From contig NZ_BCZP01000001.1 in NCBI RefSeq assembly GCF_001598795.1, positions 240,001-272,000 on the forward strand: a stretch of DNA of 32,000 nucleotides, written 5' to 3'. The notes under the pieces were generated by a model that worked only from the letters and a program-made list of their open reading frames with translations, was not told the DNA's origin and searched no databases. This document shows positions 9,328 through 18,249 of the stretch, in pieces. Numbering within the stretch: the stretch's first letter is position 1; every line of letters starts with the position of its first letter. This DNA comes from Delftia acidovorans NBRC 14950. Lineage in GTDB: Bacteria > Pseudomonadota > Gammaproteobacteria > Burkholderiales > Burkholderiaceae_C. Position numbers and translations under genes: made by a program.

Positions 9328-9374
9328 GGGGCGGTCCTGCGGCCTATGATGGCCGCGGGACCGCCCCTTTTTTT
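9328..9374 (+). terminator. Strong rho-independent terminator after the A2M gene
   Basis: 17-bp stem: GGGGCGGTCCTGCGGCC (9328-9344) pairs with GGCCGCGGGACCGCCCC (9351-9367), giving 16 Watson-Crick pairs plus one G-U. The loop is TATGAT and the stem is followed by TTTTTTT (9368-9374). Confidence 0.88.
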
Positions 9375-9390
9375 CATCACCCTCCGCTCC

Positions 9391-9918
9391 ATGGCACAAG
9401 TCATCCTCTCTCCGGTTCCCGCAGGCAGCGCCCTGCAGGACCGCCTCAAGACCGCCTATTTCCACGACAGCTACCAGCTGCAATTGCCGGACGACGGCAG
9501 CAGCCCCATGGCGCTGTACCTGCGCTGCATGGGCCGCACGCCGGGCTGGATCGACTTTCTGATGCGCCTGCGCAACCGCGTGGTGGCGCCCTTCGGCATC
9601 AAGGATCTGGGCATGCTCAGCGGCGTCGATGCGCAGCGCCAGCCATCGAGCTACCGCGTGGGCGACCGCGCCGGCATCTTCCGTGTCCATGCCCTGAGCG
9701 AGAGCGAAGTGGTGCTGGGCGACAGCGACCGGCACCTGGACGTGCAGGTCTCCCTCATGAAGCTGCCCCGGCCCGAGGGCCTGTCGTCGGCCACCTTCAC
9801 CGTTGCCATGTCCACCGTGGTCCATGTGCACAACGCGCTGGGCCGTATCTACATGCTGGGCGTGGCGCCGGCCCACCGCGTCATCGCCCCGGCCGTGGTG
9901 GCCAAGCTGGCTGGCTGA
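9391..9918 (+). CDS. DUF2867-like domain protein
   Basis: From track ORF 9346..9918. The first 15 codons overlap the A2M terminator hairpin, so I prefer the ATG at 9391 (MAQVILSP...). The sequence ...YFHDSYQLQLP...PGWIDFLMRLRNRVVAPFGIKDLG... resembles DUF2867 family proteins by eye. There is no obvious Shine-Dalgarno sequence, so the start is uncertain. Confidence 0.65.
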   Translation: MAQVILSPVPAGSALQDRLKTAYFHDSYQLQLPDDGSSPMALYLRCMGRTPGWIDFLMRLRNRVVAPFGIKDLGMLSGVDAQRQPSSYRVGDRAGIFRVHALSESEVVLGDSDRHLDVQVSLMKLPRPEGLSSATFTVAMSTVVHVHNALGRIYMLGVAPAHRVIAPAVVAKLAG

Positions 9919-9923
9919 CCTGG

Positions 9924-9961
9924 CCTGAAGGCAGCACGTCAGCAAAACGGAAGCCTTCAGG
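9924..9961. repeat. 9-bp perfect inverted repeat (hairpin) immediately after the DUF2867 stop codon; possible terminator without a U-tract
   Basis: CCTGAAGGC (9924-9932) pairs with GCCTTCAGG (9953-9961) around a 20-nt loop. Two more G-C pairs are possible after a 1-nt bulge. No T-tract follows. Confidence 0.4.
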
Positions 9962-10122
9962 GCCTGCGTCCGACGCGCGCAGACGCGGCGAATCACGATA
10001 CTTGCGGCCTTTGCCCGGCGGACATCCCCCGAGCAGGGAACGCGGCCCGCCCCACAAGGGCAGGGCCGCCACCATTGCGAATCGGTTCCCGGGCACACCA
10101 TTGATCACAAGAGAGAGGGTAT

Positions 10123-12219
10123 ATGCCAGACACGACCACCGATCCCCGACCGGCGCCACCCGCGCCACCAGTGGCTGCGCCACCGGATGCGCCGCAAACG
10201 GCCACGCCATTGCCTGCCGAGCCTGCACCGCGCATCACGTTCTCCGGCCCCGTCGTCATTCCTTCCCTGCTGGTGCTGGGCCTGCTGCTGCTGTACTGCG
10301 GCCTCATGCCCGACAGCGCCGACCGGCTGTTCTCCAGCGCCCAGGACTGGGTGGTGGGGCACATGGACTGGTTCTATGCCGTCTCGGTCACGCTGTTCCT
10401 GGTCTTTCTGATCTTCGTCGCGTCCAGCCGTTTCGGTGATATCCGCCTGGGTCCCGATGATGCGGAGCCCGAGTTCAGCTTCATCTCCTGGACCGCCATG
10501 CTGTTCGCCGCCGGCATGGGCATCGGCCTGATGTACTTCGGCGTGGGCGAGCCGCTGCAGCATTTCCTCAAGCCGCCCACGGCCGTGCCTTCCACGCCGG
10601 CCGCCGCGCGCGAGGCGCTGCAGTCCACCTTCTTCCACTGGGGCTTCCATGCCTGGGCCGTCTACGGGACCATGGGCCTGGTGCTGGCCTATTTCGGCTT
10701 TCGCTACAACCTGCCGCTGACCATGCGCTCGGGCCTGTACCCGCTGCTGGGCAAGCGCATCAACGGCCCCATCGGCCACAGCGTGGATGCCTTCGCGCTG
10801 GTGGGCACCATCGCAGGTATCGCCACCACGCTGGGCTATGGCGCGCTGCAGCTGGCCGCCGGCCTGCACACCCTCACGGGATGGGACACCTCCACGGCGC
10901 TGTTCCGCATCTCGGTCATCGTCATCGTGGTCGGCCTGGCCGGGCTGTCGGCCGTCTCGGGCCTGGACAAGGGCGTGCGCCGCCTGAGCGAGTTCAACCT
11001 CGTGCTGGCCTTCATCCTGCTGGCCTTCGTCATCGTGGCCGGGCCCACGGTCTTCCTCTTCGAGGCGCTGAGCGAGAACATCGGCAACTACCTGTCTGGC
11101 CTGGTCCAGCTGTCGTTCCGCACCTTCGCCTACGAGCCGCCCAGCCAGGAAGGCTGGTTCGGCGGCTGGACCATCCTTTACTGGGCCTGGTGGATCTCCT
11201 GGTCGCCCTTCGTGGGCATGTTCATCGCACGCATCTCGCGCGGGCGCACCATTCGCCAGTTCGTGACCGGCGTGCTGCTGGTGCCCACGGCCTTCAACCT
11301 GCTGTGGATGACGGCCTTCGGCAACAGCGCCATCTGGATAGACACCCACGTGGCCATGGGCGCGTTGGGGCAGACGGCCTCGAACGTGGATGCGCTGCTG
11401 TTCCGCTTCTTCGAGTACCTGCCCTGGTTCAAGCCCGTGGCCTGGCTCACCATCGTGCTGATCGCGGTGTTCTTCGTCACCTCGGCGGACTCCGGGGCCT
11501 TCGTGGTGGACAACATCGCCTCGCGCGGCCATGCGCGTTCGCCGGTCTGGCAGCGGCTGTTCTGGGCTGCCGTGCTGGGCGTGACGGCCATGGTGCTGAT
11601 GCTGGCCGGCGGCCTCAAGGCGCTGCAGGCCATGACCCTGGTGGCGGCCCTGCCGGTGGCGGTCATCATGCTGGCCCTGTGCTACGGGCTGTGGCGCGGG
11701 CTGCAGGCCGATCGCGCGCACTTCTCGCCCGACCTGGCTCCGGCCACCAGCTTCTGGAGCGGCCAGCACTGGCGCAAGCGCCTGGAGCAGATCGTGCACC
11801 AGCCCTCGCGCGCCGATGTGCGCAGGTTCCTGGCCGGCGTGGTGCTGCCCGCCATGAACGAGGTGGCCGCCGAGATGCAAAGGCGCGGCGTGCAGGCCGT
11901 GGTCACCGAGGACCTGGACGGCGAGGGCGCCGTGCGCCTGACCGTGCCCGATCCCTCGCTGCGCGACTTCGTCTACGGCGTGCGCGCCACGCGCCGCACG
12001 GTGCCTACCTTCCTGGTGAGCGAGGCGGCCAGCGAGCAGGAGCGCCGCCATGTCTATGAGCCCATCACGTTCTTCGAGGACGGTCGCCTGGGCCACGACA
12101 TCCAGTACCTGCGCAGCGAGGAAGTCATCGCCGACATCCTGCGCCACTACGAGCGCTACCTGTCGCTGAGCGCCGACCAGCGCACGCATCTGCTGAATCG
12201 GGCTCCGGGCCACAGCTGA
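10123..12219 (+). CDS. BCCT-family transporter, BetT-like (choline/betaine/carnitine class) with a long cytoplasmic C-terminal domain
   Basis: 698-aa ORF with GAGAGGG upstream of the ATG. BCCT signature block WTILYWAWWISWSPFVGMFIARISRGRTIRQFV. The N-terminal TM region (SRFGDIRLGPDDAEPEFSFISWTAMLFAAGMGIGLMYFG) aligns by eye with E. coli BetT. About 170 aa of hydrophilic tail follow the last TM, as in BetT. Confidence 0.92.
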   Translation: MPDTTTDPRPAPPAPPVAAPPDAPQTATPLPAEPAPRITFSGPVVIPSLLVLGLLLLYCGLMPDSADRLFSSAQDWVVGHMDWFYAVSVTLFLVFLIFVASSRFGDIRLGPDDAEPEFSFISWTAMLFAAGMGIGLMYFGVGEPLQHFLKPPTAVPSTPAAAREALQSTFFHWGFHAWAVYGTMGLVLAYFGFRYNLPLTMRSGLYPLLGKRINGPIGHSVDAFALVGTIAGIATTLGYGALQLAAGLHTLTGWDTSTALFRISVIVIVVGLAGLSAVSGLDKGVRRLSEFNLVLAFILLAFVIVAGPTVFLFEALSENIGNYLSGLVQLSFRTFAYEPPSQEGWFGGWTILYWAWWISWSPFVGMFIARISRGRTIRQFVTGVLLVPTAFNLLWMTAFGNSAIWIDTHVAMGALGQTASNVDALLFRFFEYLPWFKPVAWLTIVLIAVFFVTSADSGAFVVDNIASRGHARSPVWQRLFWAAVLGVTAMVLMLAGGLKALQAMTLVAALPVAVIMLALCYGLWRGLQADRAHFSPDLAPATSFWSGQHWRKRLEQIVHQPSRADVRRFLAGVVLPAMNEVAAEMQRRGVQAVVTEDLDGEGAVRLTVPDPSLRDFVYGVRATRRTVPTFLVSEAASEQERRHVYEPITFFEDGRLGHDIQYLRSEEVIADILRHYERYLSLSADQRTHLLNRAPGHS

Positions 12220-12245
12220 GCCGTGCTGCGCAGTGCCGCCGTCGC

Positions 12246-12280
12246 GGCACCCCGGGCCTTTGGGTAAACACCGGGGTGCC
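12246..12280. repeat. 10-bp perfect inverted repeat between the BCCT gene and the AraC gene; possible terminator without a U-tract
   Basis: GGCACCCCGG (12246-12255) pairs with CCGGGGTGCC (12271-12280) around a 15-nt loop. It begins 27 nt after the BCCT stop codon, and no T-tract follows. Confidence 0.4.
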
Positions 12281-12314
12281 AGCCGGCGGCCGCCTGCGGA
12301 TACTGGGCGCTGCC

Positions 12315-13259
12315 ATGCAGCTCGAATACTCCACCCATTCGCAGGAGCCACGCCATCGTTTCGACTACTGGCACGAGGTGGTCTGCCGCCACTGCATCCC
12401 GGCCGACAGCCACCGCGCGCAGGGGGATGGTGCCGGTCCCGGCGGCTTCGGGGCCACGCTGTCCGTGCGGTCCCTGGGACTGCTGGAGATCAGTGCCATG
12501 TCGGCGCCCAGCCACCGCTGGGTGCGCAACGCAGCCCACCTGCGCCTGCATGCGCGCGACGAGCTGTGGCTGGGCTATCTGCTCCAGGGCCAGGCCGAGG
12601 TGCGCCAGGGCGGGCAAGTGGCCCGGCTGAGTGCGGGCAATCTGGTGCTTTATGACGCTGCGCAGCCTTTCGAATTCTCGGTGGCGCCCCGCGATATCCT
12701 GCTGATGCGCATTCCGCGCAGCGAATTGTTGAATCGCTTTGCCCGTGCACCCTCGCACGCGGGCCGGGCGCTGCATGGCCATGCCCCGGCCGTGGCGCCG
12801 CTGCGGGCCATGCTCGGCGAGGCCATCGCCATGCCGCCTGCGCCGCACGGTGATGCCTTGGCGCAGCGCTTCGGCATGGCGCTGCTCGACGTGCTGGCCC
12901 TGGCGCTGGAGATGCAGGAAATGGCTGTGCAGCCCCGCTCGGAACGGGACCTGCACGGCCGCATCCAGGCGTTCATCCAGGACAACCTGGGCTCGCCCGA
13001 GCTGTCGCTGCAATGGCTGGCGCAGCAGCACAACGTCTCGCCGCGTACCGTGACGCGGGCCTTTGCGCGGCGCAACCAGACGCCCATGGGCCTGGTATGG
13101 CAGCTGCGGTTGCAGGCCAGCCGCCAGGCCCTGATGCAGGGGCGCTGCTCCAGCGTGACCGAGGCGGCCTTCGCGCATGGGTTCTCCGATGCGGCGCACT
13201 TCAGCCGTGCCTTTCGCAAGGCGTTCGGCTGCACGCCCCGCAGCCTGCTGGCCGCCTGA
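12315..13259 (+). CDS. AraC-family transcriptional regulator (N-terminal AraC-type ligand-binding-like domain, C-terminal dual HTH)
   Basis: From track ORF 12276..13259. The GTG at 12276 lies inside the upstream hairpin, so I chose the ATG at 12315 (MQLEYSTHSQEPRHRFDYWHEVV...). The C-terminus LSLQWLAQQHNVSPRTVTRAFAR...AFAHGFSDAAHFSRAFRKAFGCTPRS is a classic AraC HTH pair. Confidence 0.9.
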   Translation: MQLEYSTHSQEPRHRFDYWHEVVCRHCIPADSHRAQGDGAGPGGFGATLSVRSLGLLEISAMSAPSHRWVRNAAHLRLHARDELWLGYLLQGQAEVRQGGQVARLSAGNLVLYDAAQPFEFSVAPRDILLMRIPRSELLNRFARAPSHAGRALHGHAPAVAPLRAMLGEAIAMPPAPHGDALAQRFGMALLDVLALALEMQEMAVQPRSERDLHGRIQAFIQDNLGSPELSLQWLAQQHNVSPRTVTRAFARRNQTPMGLVWQLRLQASRQALMQGRCSSVTEAAFAHGFSDAAHFSRAFRKAFGCTPRSLLAA

Positions 13260-13390
13260 GCAAGGTCGCTGTCCCTCACGAACAAGCGTGCGTGCCGCTG
13301 GCTCCCTAGCATGGGCCTGCCGCGCGTCCCGTGCGGCTTTTCCTGTGCAACAACGGTGGCGCCCCGGAGCCGGGCGCCGGGAGACATGCC

Positions 13391-14791
13391 ATGAACGACA
13401 GCGAACTGCACCATCTCGAACTGCTGGAGGTGGGGCGCGAGATCCAGTCCCGCCGCATTTCCTCGGAAGAGGTGACCCGCCACATGCTGGCGCGTATCGA
13501 GGCCGTGGATGCGCGGCTGCACAGCTACGTGACGGTGATGGCGCAGCAGGCGCTGGAGGACGCCCGCCGCGCCGACGCCGAGATCGCGCAGGGCCGCCGC
13601 CGCGGTGCGCTGCACGGCGTGCCGCTGGCGCTCAAGGACCTGCTGTGGACCCGGGGCGTCCCCACCACGCATGGAATGACGCTGCACCGCGACCATCGCC
13701 CCACGGAAGATGCCACCGTGGTGCGCAGGCTGCGCGAGGCTGGCGCCGTCATCCTGGGCAAGCTGCAGCAGACCGAAGGCGCCTTCGCCGACCACCATCC
13801 CGAGATCACTGCCCCCGTCAACCCCTGGGGCGCCCAGCTGTGGCCCGGGGCCTCGTCCAGCGGCTCGGGCGTGGCCACGGCGGCGGGGCTGTGCTTCGGA
13901 TCGCTGGGCACGGACACCGGGGGCTCCATCCGCTTTCCATCGGCCGCCAACGGCATCACGGGGCTCAAGCCCACCTGGGGCAGGGTGAGCCGCCACGGCG
14001 CCTTCGAACTGGCCGCGTCCCTGGACCACATAGGCCCGATGGCGCGCAGTGCCGCCGATGCCGCAGCCATGCTCGCGGCCATCGCCGGGGCGGACCCGCT
14101 GGACCCTACGGCCAGCCAGTGCAGCGTGCCCGACTATCTGGCCATGATGACGCGCGGATTCTCCGGCCTGCGCCTGGGCATGGACCGGCAATGGGCACTG
14201 GACGGCGTGGATGCCCCCTCCCGCCAGGCGGTGGAGCAGGCCCTGGCGGTGGCGCAGCGCCTGGGGGCCAGCGTGCAGGAGGTCCGCTTTCCCGATGCCA
14301 CCCAGGCGGTGGAGGACTGGCCGGCGCTGTGCGCGGTGGAGACCGCCGTGGCGCACGGCGCCACTTTCCCTGCACGGCGCGAGGCCTATGGCCCCGGGCT
14401 CGCCGGGCTGATCGACCTGGGGCTGGGCCTGTCCGCTACCGACTACCAGCGGCTGCTGCTGCGCCGCGCGGACTTCACGGGCCGGGTGCGTGCACTCTTC
14501 GCGCAGGTGGACCTGCTGCTGGTCCCCGCCACGGCCTTTGCGGCCCCCACGCTGCAACGCATGGCGCATTTCGGCTCCGATGCCGAGCTGTTCTCGGGCA
14601 TGCTGCGCTACACCTGCCCGTTCGACCTCACGGGCAGCCCCACGATCACGCTGCCCGGAGGACGCACTCCTGAGGGCGCGCCCGTGGCCTTCCAGTTCGT
14701 GGCCCCCGACTTCCGCGAAGACCTGCTGGTGCGCGCGGGCTGGGCGTTCCAGCAGGCCACGGACTGGCACAGACGGCACCCTGCTGCCTGA
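13391..14791 (+). CDS. Amidase (amidase-signature family)
   Basis: From track ORF 13331..14791. ATG at 13391 (MNDSELHH...) with GGGAGA about 8 nt upstream. The amidase-signature block GASSSGSGVATAAGLCFGSLGTDTGGSIRFPSAANGITGLKPTWGRVSRHG is present, with the catalytic Lys context PLALKDLL. Confidence 0.92.
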   Translation: MNDSELHHLELLEVGREIQSRRISSEEVTRHMLARIEAVDARLHSYVTVMAQQALEDARRADAEIAQGRRRGALHGVPLALKDLLWTRGVPTTHGMTLHRDHRPTEDATVVRRLREAGAVILGKLQQTEGAFADHHPEITAPVNPWGAQLWPGASSSGSGVATAAGLCFGSLGTDTGGSIRFPSAANGITGLKPTWGRVSRHGAFELAASLDHIGPMARSAADAAAMLAAIAGADPLDPTASQCSVPDYLAMMTRGFSGLRLGMDRQWALDGVDAPSRQAVEQALAVAQRLGASVQEVRFPDATQAVEDWPALCAVETAVAHGATFPARREAYGPGLAGLIDLGLGLSATDYQRLLLRRADFTGRVRALFAQVDLLLVPATAFAAPTLQRMAHFGSDAELFSGMLRYTCPFDLTGSPTITLPGGRTPEGAPVAFQFVAPDFREDLLVRAGWAFQQATDWHRRHPAA

Positions 14792-14810
14792 GCTGCCTGA
14801 GCTGCCTGAG
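14784..14810. repeat. Perfect tandem repeat of 3 x 9 bp (CTGCCTGAG) spanning the amidase stop codon
   Basis: Units lie at 14784-14792, 14793-14801 and 14802-14810, followed by a partial CTGC. Each unit carries a TGA in the amidase reading frame (14789, 14798, 14807). Confidence 0.95.
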
Positions 14811-14876
14811 CTGCGCGGGGGCGCCAGTCCGGTGGCGCGACACGGGCCTGTCACACAGCCTTCCTAGACTGGCGTG

Positions 14877-15944
14877 ATGTCCTTGATCGAGATGGAAGGT
14901 GTCGCCAAGTCCTGGGGCGGCACCACGGCACTGCAGGCGCTGGATCTGCGCATTGAACCCGGATCCTTTTGCGTGCTGCTCGGTCCCTCGGGCTGCGGCA
15001 AGTCCACCACGCTGCGCATCATCGCGGGCCTGGAAAGCGCCACCTCGGGCCGCGTGCGCATCGACGGGCAGGACGTCACCCATCTGCCGCCCGCACGGCG
15101 CGGCATTGCCATGGTGTTCCAGAACTACGCGCTGTTCCCGCACCTGACGGTGGCGCAGAACATCGGCTTCGGCCTGTCCGTGCGCAAGGTCCCGGCGGCC
15201 GAGGCGCGCCGGCGCATCGACGAGGCCGCCGCGCTGCTGGGCCTGGACGCGCTGCTGGCGCGCCGGCCCGGGCAATTGTCGGGCGGCCAGCAGCAGCGCG
15301 TGGCCTTGGGCCGCGCCCTGGTGGCCCGCGCCCGGGTCTGTCTGATGGATGAGCCGCTGTCCAACCTCGACGCCCAGCTGCGCCAGGAAATGCGCACCGA
15401 GCTGCGCGAGCTGCAGCGGCGCCTGGGCCTGACCGTGGTCTATGTCACCCACGACCAGGCCGAGGCCATGGGCATGGCCGACCAGGTGGTGCTGCTCAGC
15501 CAGGGGCGCGTGGAGCAGTGCGCCGCGCCCCAGGAGATCTACAGCCGGCCCGCCACCACCTTTGCCGCGCGCTTCATCGGCACGCCGGCCATGAACATCG
15601 CGCGCCTCGACGGCCTGCACATCGCGGGCAGCCATGCCAGCGCCGCGCCCGCCGGCCTGCAGCAGCCGGGCCAGGCGCGCTGGCTGGGCGTCAGGCCCGA
15701 GGACATGCGCCTGTCGCTCCATGGCGATGTCGGCAGCGGCCCCGTGGTGGCTGCCGACATCGAAAGCCTCGAATACCTGGGCGCCGACCTGGTGCTGCGC
15801 TGCCGCGTGGGCAGCGAGCAACTGATGGTGCGCACCGCTGGCAGCCAGCTCGGCGGCCTGCAGCCGGGCCAGCTCGTGGGCCTGCGCTGGGCGCGCGAGG
15901 CCACGCATTTCTTTGACGAAAAGGGGCGGCGCTGCGCGGCCTGA
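14877..15944 (+). CDS. ABC transporter ATP-binding protein, MalK/UgpC-like (carbohydrate-uptake type with a C-terminal regulatory/TOBE-like domain)
   Basis: Walker A GPSGCGKST, signature LSGGQQQRVALGRAL, Walker B CLMDEPLSNLD, H-loop VTHDQ. The track ORF begins with the GTG at 14874. I list the adjacent ATG at 14877, but either start is possible. Confidence 0.92.
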   Translation: MSLIEMEGVAKSWGGTTALQALDLRIEPGSFCVLLGPSGCGKSTTLRIIAGLESATSGRVRIDGQDVTHLPPARRGIAMVFQNYALFPHLTVAQNIGFGLSVRKVPAAEARRRIDEAAALLGLDALLARRPGQLSGGQQQRVALGRALVARARVCLMDEPLSNLDAQLRQEMRTELRELQRRLGLTVVYVTHDQAEAMGMADQVVLLSQGRVEQCAAPQEIYSRPATTFAARFIGTPAMNIARLDGLHIAGSHASAAPAGLQQPGQARWLGVRPEDMRLSLHGDVGSGPVVAADIESLEYLGADLVLRCRVGSEQLMVRTAGSQLGGLQPGQLVGLRWAREATHFFDEKGRRCAA

Positions 15945-16035
15945 TGCCGAGGCACCGCTCCTATCTTCCTCCGCAGTTCCACCGTTTCAGCCGTTCCGGC
16001 TTTCGCACCCGAAGCACCTTCCAGGAGAGTCCGCC

Positions 16036-17331
16036 ATGCAACGCCATGCCTTCCTCAAAACCCTCGCAGCCGCTGCCGCCGTGGCCGCCACGGGCCTGCT
16101 GAACACCGCCAGCGCGCAGACGCCGCTGGAGGTGCCGTTCTACTACCCCGTGGCCGTGGGCGGCCCTATCACCAAGGTGATCGACGGCTATGCGGCCGAG
16201 TTCAACAAGGCCCATCCGCAGTACCGGATCACGCCCGTCTATGCGGGCACCTACCAGGAAACCATCGTCAAGGCGCTGACGGCCCACAAGTCGGGCAAGC
16301 CGCCGGCCAGCTCGGTGCTGCTGTCCACCGACATGTTCACGCTGATCGACGAGGACGCCATCGCCCCCATCGACGACTTCGTGAAGACCGATGCCGACCG
16401 GGCCTGGCTCAAGGGCTTCTACCCGGCCTTCATGGCCAACAGCCAGACGGGCGGCAAGACCTGGGGCGTGCCCTTCCAGCGTTCCACCGTGGTCATGTAC
16501 TACAACAAGGAAGCCTTCAAGGAAGCCGGCCTGGACCCGAACAAGGCGCCGCAGAACTGGAAGGAACTCAAGGAAGCCGCCCACAGGCTGACGAAGAAGG
16601 ACGCCAGCGGCAAGGTCGTGCAGTACGGTATCCAGATCCCGTCCACGGGCTTTGCCTACTGGATGCTGCAGACGCTGACCACGCCCAATGACGTGCTGCT
16701 GGCCAACGAGGCCGGCACCCAGGTCACGCTGGACAGCCCCCGGGTCGTGGAGGCGCTGGACTTCTGGGTGGGCCTGGTCAAGGAGGGCGTGCACCCGGCC
16801 GGCGTGGTGGAGTGGGGCACGACGCCCAAGGACTTCATGGAAAAGAAGGCGGCCATCATCGTCACCACCACGGGCAACCTGACCAATATCCGAGCCAATG
16901 CCAAGTTCGACTTCGGCGTGGGCCAGATCGCAGGCAACGTGCGCAAGGGCTCGCCCACGGGCGGCGGCAATTTCTACCTGTTCAAGAAGGCGCCCCGGGA
17001 GCAGCAGGAGGCGGCCTTCCAGTTCATGAAGTGGGTCACCCAGCCCCCGCTGGCCGCGCAGTGGAGCATGGACAGCGGCTACGTTGCCGTCTCGCCCGCC
17101 GCCTATGACACGCCCGCGCTCAAGAAGTACGGCCAGGACTTCCCGCAGTCCCTGGTGGCGCGCGACCAGCTGCCGGTATCGGTGGCCGAGTTCTCCACGC
17201 ATGAGAACCAGCGCGTGACCAAGGTGCTGAACGACGCCGTGCAGGCCGCCCTCAACGGCAGCAAGACCTCGGCCCAGGCCCTGCAGGATGCGCAAAAGGA
17301 AGCAGACCGCATCCTGCGCCGCTACAAGTGA
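16036..17331 (+). CDS. ABC transporter substrate-binding protein (extracellular solute-binding family 1, sugar/glycerophosphoryl-type)
   Basis: From track ORF 15913..17331. ATG at 16036 is preceded by AGGAGAG. Signal peptide MQRHAFLKTLAAAAAVAATGLLNTASAQ. The length (~430 aa) and its position next to two MalFG/UgpAE-type permeases fit a family 1 binding protein. Confidence 0.88.
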   Translation: MQRHAFLKTLAAAAAVAATGLLNTASAQTPLEVPFYYPVAVGGPITKVIDGYAAEFNKAHPQYRITPVYAGTYQETIVKALTAHKSGKPPASSVLLSTDMFTLIDEDAIAPIDDFVKTDADRAWLKGFYPAFMANSQTGGKTWGVPFQRSTVVMYYNKEAFKEAGLDPNKAPQNWKELKEAAHRLTKKDASGKVVQYGIQIPSTGFAYWMLQTLTTPNDVLLANEAGTQVTLDSPRVVEALDFWVGLVKEGVHPAGVVEWGTTPKDFMEKKAAIIVTTTGNLTNIRANAKFDFGVGQIAGNVRKGSPTGGGNFYLFKKAPREQQEAAFQFMKWVTQPPLAAQWSMDSGYVAVSPAAYDTPALKKYGQDFPQSLVARDQLPVSVAEFSTHENQRVTKVLNDAVQAALNGSKTSAQALQDAQKEADRILRRYK

Positions 17332-17352
17332 TGGCGCAGTGCCGCTGACCGC

Positions 17353-18249
17353 ATGAGCTCCGCTCCCGCCTCCCTTGTCCGCGGCCGCCAGGCCGTCCAT
17401 GCCTGGCTGATGCTGCTGCCGGCGCTGGTGCTGCTGGTGGCCTTCACGCACTGGCCGGCCGTGGCCACGCTGATCGACAGCCTGCATGCCACGCCGCGCG
17501 GCGGCCAGCCGGGGCCGTGGGTGGGGCTGGAGAACTACGCCGTGATGGTGGACGACCCGGTGTTCTGGCAGGCCGTGCGCAACAACCTGTGGTTTGCGGC
17601 GGCCACGATTCCGCTGTCCATGGCGCTGGCGCTGGCCATGGCGCTGTGGGTCAACGAGAGGCTGGCCGGCCGCGCCTTCGTGCGCATGGCGTATTTCACG
17701 CCCACGGTGCTGCCCATGATTGCCGTGGCCAATATCTGGCTGTTCTTCTACACGCCGCAGTACGGGCTGCTGGAGCAGCTGCGCGGCGCACTGGGCCTTC
17801 CCGCGCACAACTGGCTGGGCGATCCGTCCACGGCGCTGGCCTGCGTGACCGTGGTGGCGGTGTGGAAGGAGGCGGGCTTTTTCATGATCTTCTACCTGGC
17901 CGCGCTGCAGACCCTCAACCCCAGCCTCAAGGAGGCGGCGGCCATCGAGGGGGCCTCGCGCTGGTACTTCCTGCGCCGCGTGCAGTGGCCGCTGCTGATG
18001 CCGACCACGCTGTTCGTGCTGGTCAATGCGGTGATCAATGCCTTCCGCCTGGTGGACCACCTCTTCATCCTCACGCGCGGCGGGCCGGACAACGCCTCCA
18101 CGCTGCTGCTCTATCACCTCTACGAAGTGGGCTTCAAGTTCTGGGACACGGGCTATGCGGCGGCCCTGACCGTGGTGCTGGTCGCCGTGCTGGCGGCCGT
18201 GGCGCTGCTGCAGTTCTTCGTGCTCGACAAAAAGGTGCACTACCAATGA
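17353..18249 (+). CDS. ABC transporter permease (UgpA/MalF-like)
   Basis: 298-aa multi-TM ORF with an EAA-loop-like segment, LNPSLKEAAAIEGASRWYFLRRVQWPLL. It begins 21 nt after the binding-protein gene. Confidence 0.92.
   Translation: MSSAPASLVRGRQAVHAWLMLLPALVLLVAFTHWPAVATLIDSLHATPRGGQPGPWVGLENYAVMVDDPVFWQAVRNNLWFAAATIPLSMALALAMALWVNERLAGRAFVRMAYFTPTVLPMIAVANIWLFFYTPQYGLLEQLRGALGLPAHNWLGDPSTALACVTVVAVWKEAGFFMIFYLAALQTLNPSLKEAAAIEGASRWYFLRRVQWPLLMPTTLFVLVNAVINAFRLVDHLFILTRGGPDNASTLLLYHLYEVGFKFWDTGYAAALTVVLVAVLAAVALLQFFVLDKKVHYQ

Noticed and set aside
14784-14810. The 9-bp tandem repeat as a CRISPR array or other spaced repeat array
   Set aside because: The units are contiguous with no spacers, only 9 bp long and present in three copies. 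This is a simple microsatellite.
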